Virus record (IMG/VR): IMGVR_UViG_3300011427_000001
Location: 1-64,000 of that record
From: a virus
Lineage: Duplodnaviria > Caudoviricetes
DNA length: 64,000 bases
Direction: 5' to 3' (one strand)
Shown one piece after another: positions 61,670 to 64,000 of the stretch (its first letter is position 1; each line of letters begins with the position of its first letter). The translations under genes and the position numbers were made by a program. A model generated the notes under the pieces. The model was not told where the DNA came from and made no database searches. It saw only the letters and a program-made list of their open reading frames with translations.

Positions 61670-63247
61670 TTACTTGTCGAAGTCCCACGACGTCGCGGGA
61701 AGCGCAGCACCTTCGACCTTCGCCGCAGCGTTGTCGATGGGAGCTCCGGAACCAAGCCCGCCGAAGTCGTGCTGTTGCACGTTGGTCGTCGTGGGTGCAA
61801 CCGCGGAGGTCGCGAGATCGGCCAACATCGAGAGCTGTTCCACGTCCATCGCCAGAAGCTGGCCGTCCGTGAACTTGTTCTTGACGTTGGTCTTGATGGT
61901 CGCGATGTGCTTCGCCTTCTCGTTGTTGAGAATGCGTTCCGAGTTGGCCAGCACCGCACGCACGCCCGGAGGGGCCTGCTTGAGATACTCTTCCTCGGTC
62001 AGCTGCTTCGCGGGAGCGGCATTGGTCGCCGGCTCCGTCTTCACCGCCGGAGCGGTCGTGGTCTTGGCTTTGTTCAGGGTCGCGGTGGAACTGGCTTGAA
62101 TGCGCGTGAGCGCAGCAAGGTCCATACCCATCAACATCCCACGGTCGGTTTCTGCATAACCGTGGTTGGTGATGAGGTCCGCGACAATTTGTTCTTTGTC
62201 CATGGTGTTTCCTCTGTTGGTTTTGGGTGTGGACGCGCTTTGGTTACTCACGGGCGCGGCCCGATATTCCGTGACACGAACTACCTCTGCAGGTTCGCCC
62301 GTGAGCTTCACGCTGGTGTCACTCGAAGAGTAACCCAGTCTGAAAAGTTTCGACCCCAGGCAGTAGACGAACCACGTGTCGAAAACCGACTCGATCCACG
62401 GGCACGCATACCCCTTGTCGCTGGGGAACTTGGTTTCCAGTGCCTTGTAGATCAGGCTGCGGATGGTCTCGAAGCTGGATTCATTCACCTCGAGGTTCTT
62501 GGCGTACTTGCGCAGCGACCCGCCTTCCTTGATCGCATTCGTAATCGTGTCACGCACGACGGTCTCGACCAACTTGAGACCGGCACTGTCAAGCGTGCGG
62601 GAGCTGTTGAACACCTGATTCCGAATGAACCCCGCACCGTCGGCCATGCTGCACGCCCCTTTGGCATCGGGCAGGACCGCGAGATGATCGGGCCGGTGAT
62701 TGCGGGCAATAGCGTTGTAGGCTTCGTTGTTCCAGACACCTTTCTTGACTTCGTTGTCCGTATAGACGCCGGTGCTGCACTCCATCGGCTCGCCCTTCTT
62801 GACTGCATTGTAGACCGAGACGTCGACCTCCTTGGTGCGTTCCTCGTCGAGGTATGCGTCCGCACACAAGCGGTTCAGGTCGTCAAACCGGGCATTCATG
62901 ATAATGCCAATCTTGCGCGTGTTGAGCACTTGCTCGGTGCAGGCACTGATGGCCTTGCCATCCGCGTCTTCCGGATGGTTCACCACAACCGGCTTGTGGT
63001 TGTAGACCTCGGGAGTCTTGCCCAACTCGTCGGCCGGCCACAGCATCGGTCCACCACTGCCATTGTGCACACCCTCGACCATCATCACCATGGGAACAAT
63101 CAGGCACTTGCGTCCTTCAAGCTCCCCGTTGCGGACCAACTTCGTAGCCAGGTTCCACGTGAAATGCTGCAGCTGATTCGTCTGCAAAGCAGGGGCGGTC
63201 GCGGCCTCGTTTGTAACGAGCGCGCTCCGCTTTTTGAGTTTTTTCAT
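61670..63247 (-). CDS. Prohead protease (DUF2213-like) fused to scaffold
   Basis: EGVHNG, P.VVNHP, ECSTG, DHLAVLP..KGACS..DGAG; Ala/Thr-rich helical C-terminus. Confidence 0.8.
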   Translation of the reverse strand: MKKLKKRSALVTNEAATAPALQTNQLQHFTWNLATKLVRNGELEGRKCLIVPMVMMVEGVHNGSGGPMLWPADELGKTPEVYNHKPVVVNHPEDADGKAISACTEQVLNTRKIGIIMNARFDDLNRLCADAYLDEERTKEVDVSVYNAVKKGEPMECSTGVYTDNEVKKGVWNNEAYNAIARNHRPDHLAVLPDAKGACSMADGAGFIRNQVFNSSRTLDSAGLKLVETVVRDTITNAIKEGGSLRKYAKNLEVNESSFETIRSLIYKALETKFPSDKGYACPWIESVFDTWFVYCLGSKLFRLGYSSSDTSVKLTGEPAEVVRVTEYRAAPVSNQSASTPKTNRGNTMDKEQIVADLITNHGYAETDRGMLMGMDLAALTRIQASSTATLNKAKTTTAPAVKTEPATNAAPAKQLTEEEYLKQAPPGVRAVLANSERILNNEKAKHIATIKTNVKNKFTDGQLLAMDVEQLSMLADLATSAVAPTTTNVQQHDFGGLGSGAPIDNAAAKVEGAALPATSWDFDK

Positions 63248-63252
63248 TATTG

Positions 63253-63285
63253 AAAGAGGAAAGCCGACCCAGGTAGGATCGGCTT
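63253..63285 (-). terminator. Hairpin upstream of protease gene
   Basis: AAGCCGATCC-tacct-GGGTCGGCTT then TCCTCTTTC. Confidence 0.5.
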
Positions 63286-63297
63286 CGCTTGTAGAAT

Positions 63298-63326
63298 ACC
63301 TTAACTCAGCGATATGGGTACTTCAA
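63298..63326 (-). promoter_or_regulatory. Possible promoter TTGAAG-17-TAAGGT flanked by an inverted repeat
   Basis: Spacing fits; 13-bp arms at 63288-63300 and 63328-63340 (11/13 match). Confidence 0.35.
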
Positions 63327-63346
63327 TGGTTGTCTACAAGGATTTT

Positions 63347-63583
63347 CTAACCTGCACCTTTTTCAGAGCCCTCGGACGGCGGGCGCAACGACTGGTTTTT
63401 GAAGGCACGTTGGATGACCCCATCTTCGAAGCGCAGCACGATATCACCATAGAACTGTTGCTTCTGGGCTTGCGATAAGAGCGTGCCCACCCAGGCCGCG
63501 TCCCGCACGTATGCGGCACTCTCAATTCGACGCATGGCTTCTACTTCAGACGAGGGAGTGTTCTTTTGGTCGGGGGGAGGCAT
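63347..63583 (-). CDS. Small protein (DUF2292-like)
   Basis: FYGDIVLRFEDGVI; start trimmed to MPPPDQ. Confidence 0.5.
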   Translation of the reverse strand: MPPPDQKNTPSSEVEAMRRIESAAYVRDAAWVGTLLSQAQKQQFYGDIVLRFEDGVIQRAFKNQSLRPPSEGSEKGAG

Positions 63584-63761
63584 TTGAGTTTTTGATGTAT
63601 AGTTTCGCAGCACCTGCAGTCACTTGTCCGGTGCCATTGCAAAATAAACAGTCCACGAAATCCTTGTGATACCTATTCACTACAATAGCAACCCTCCCGT
63701 TCTCACATCCCACCACTGGACACGCTACAGGAACCAAGAGTGCTGTAGACTCTCGCTTCAC
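63546..63761 (-). CDS. Small Zn-finger protein
   Basis: CPVVGC...CLFCNGTG (DnaJ-type CxxCxGxG). Confidence 0.55.
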   Translation of the reverse strand: MKRESTALLVPVACPVVGCENGRVAIVVNRYHKDFVDCLFCNGTGQVTAGAAKLYIKNSNASPRPKEHSLV

Positions 63762-63983
63762 CTACTGGACCTTGACCTCGTTGGTAGGAACATCACCGGT
63801 TGTACGCTCAACCATAATGGGAATCAAAATACATCGTGTAGACAATAGACGGGAGATTTTCTGGTAGATGGTTTCGTCCGGAAGCCGATCGGCCTCGAAG
63901 CACTCTTTCACAATCGCCTCCAGCTCTTCCGGTGCAAGCCTCGTGGCGACAAACGTGCTGAACAACTCCAACAGCTCGCCCAT
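63762..63983 (-). CDS. Hypothetical protein
   Basis: 73-aa ORF on the operon strand. Confidence 0.5.
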   Translation of the reverse strand: MGELLELFSTFVATRLAPEELEAIVKECFEADRLPDETIYQKISRLLSTRCILIPIMVERTTGDVPTNEVKVQ

Positions 63984-64000
63984 CGTATTGTACGACGTGC

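Noticed and set aside
60167-63253. Long plus-strand ORFs (310 and 531 aa) opposite MCP and protease
   Set aside because: Antisense shadows caused by high GC3; no motifs.
1-64000. tRNA genes, integrase/repressor, alternative genetic code
   Set aside because: No cloverleaf or recombinase motifs found by eye; conserved genes are intact under code 11. A tRNAscan run would be needed to be sure.
1-64000. Apparent excess of CTCGAG sites as a DpdA target signature
   Set aside because: Impression only; about 20 are expected by chance at this GC and I could not count reliably. A Markov-corrected k-mer analysis would decide.

Overview
A 64-kb segment, probably most of the genome, of a long-tailed dsDNA phage (siphovirus-like, roughly 55-60% GC by eye). 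Nearly all genes are on the minus strand; the exception is one plus-strand operon at 39025-42034 (GNAT plus a split SbcC/Rad50 and SbcD/Mre11). In transcription order (right to left) the modules are: head (protease/scaffold, decoration protein, encapsulin-like MCP); head-tail joining, with an embedded Maf/DUF115-like transferase; tail (MTP, G/GT chaperones with a -1 frameshift, tape measure, tail tip, fibre); and a membrane/lysis-like cassette with no endolysin in view. Early genes follow, then sigma factor, SNF2 helicase, primase, an initiator with internal iterons and DnaB. Next is a translationally coupled 7-deazaguanine operon (queD, queE, folE2, DpdL-like fusion, FkbM methyltransferase, GT-B glycosyltransferase, DpdA/TGT-like; no queC). 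It runs into the replisome: beta-clamp, split UDG-exo/PolA, clamp loader, UvsY, SSB, RecA, FEN and resolvase. The left end has many small early genes, a TerS-like gene and a TerL truncated by the window edge. Top candidate for an undescribed system: glycosylated/methylated deazaguanine DNA hypermodification, possibly tethered to the fork by a shared terminal RG-(x)-F-F motif. Also found: three families of repeated regulatory elements, a putative structured ncRNA and several genes missed by the ORF track. All family assignments come from motif recognition by eye; no searches were run.
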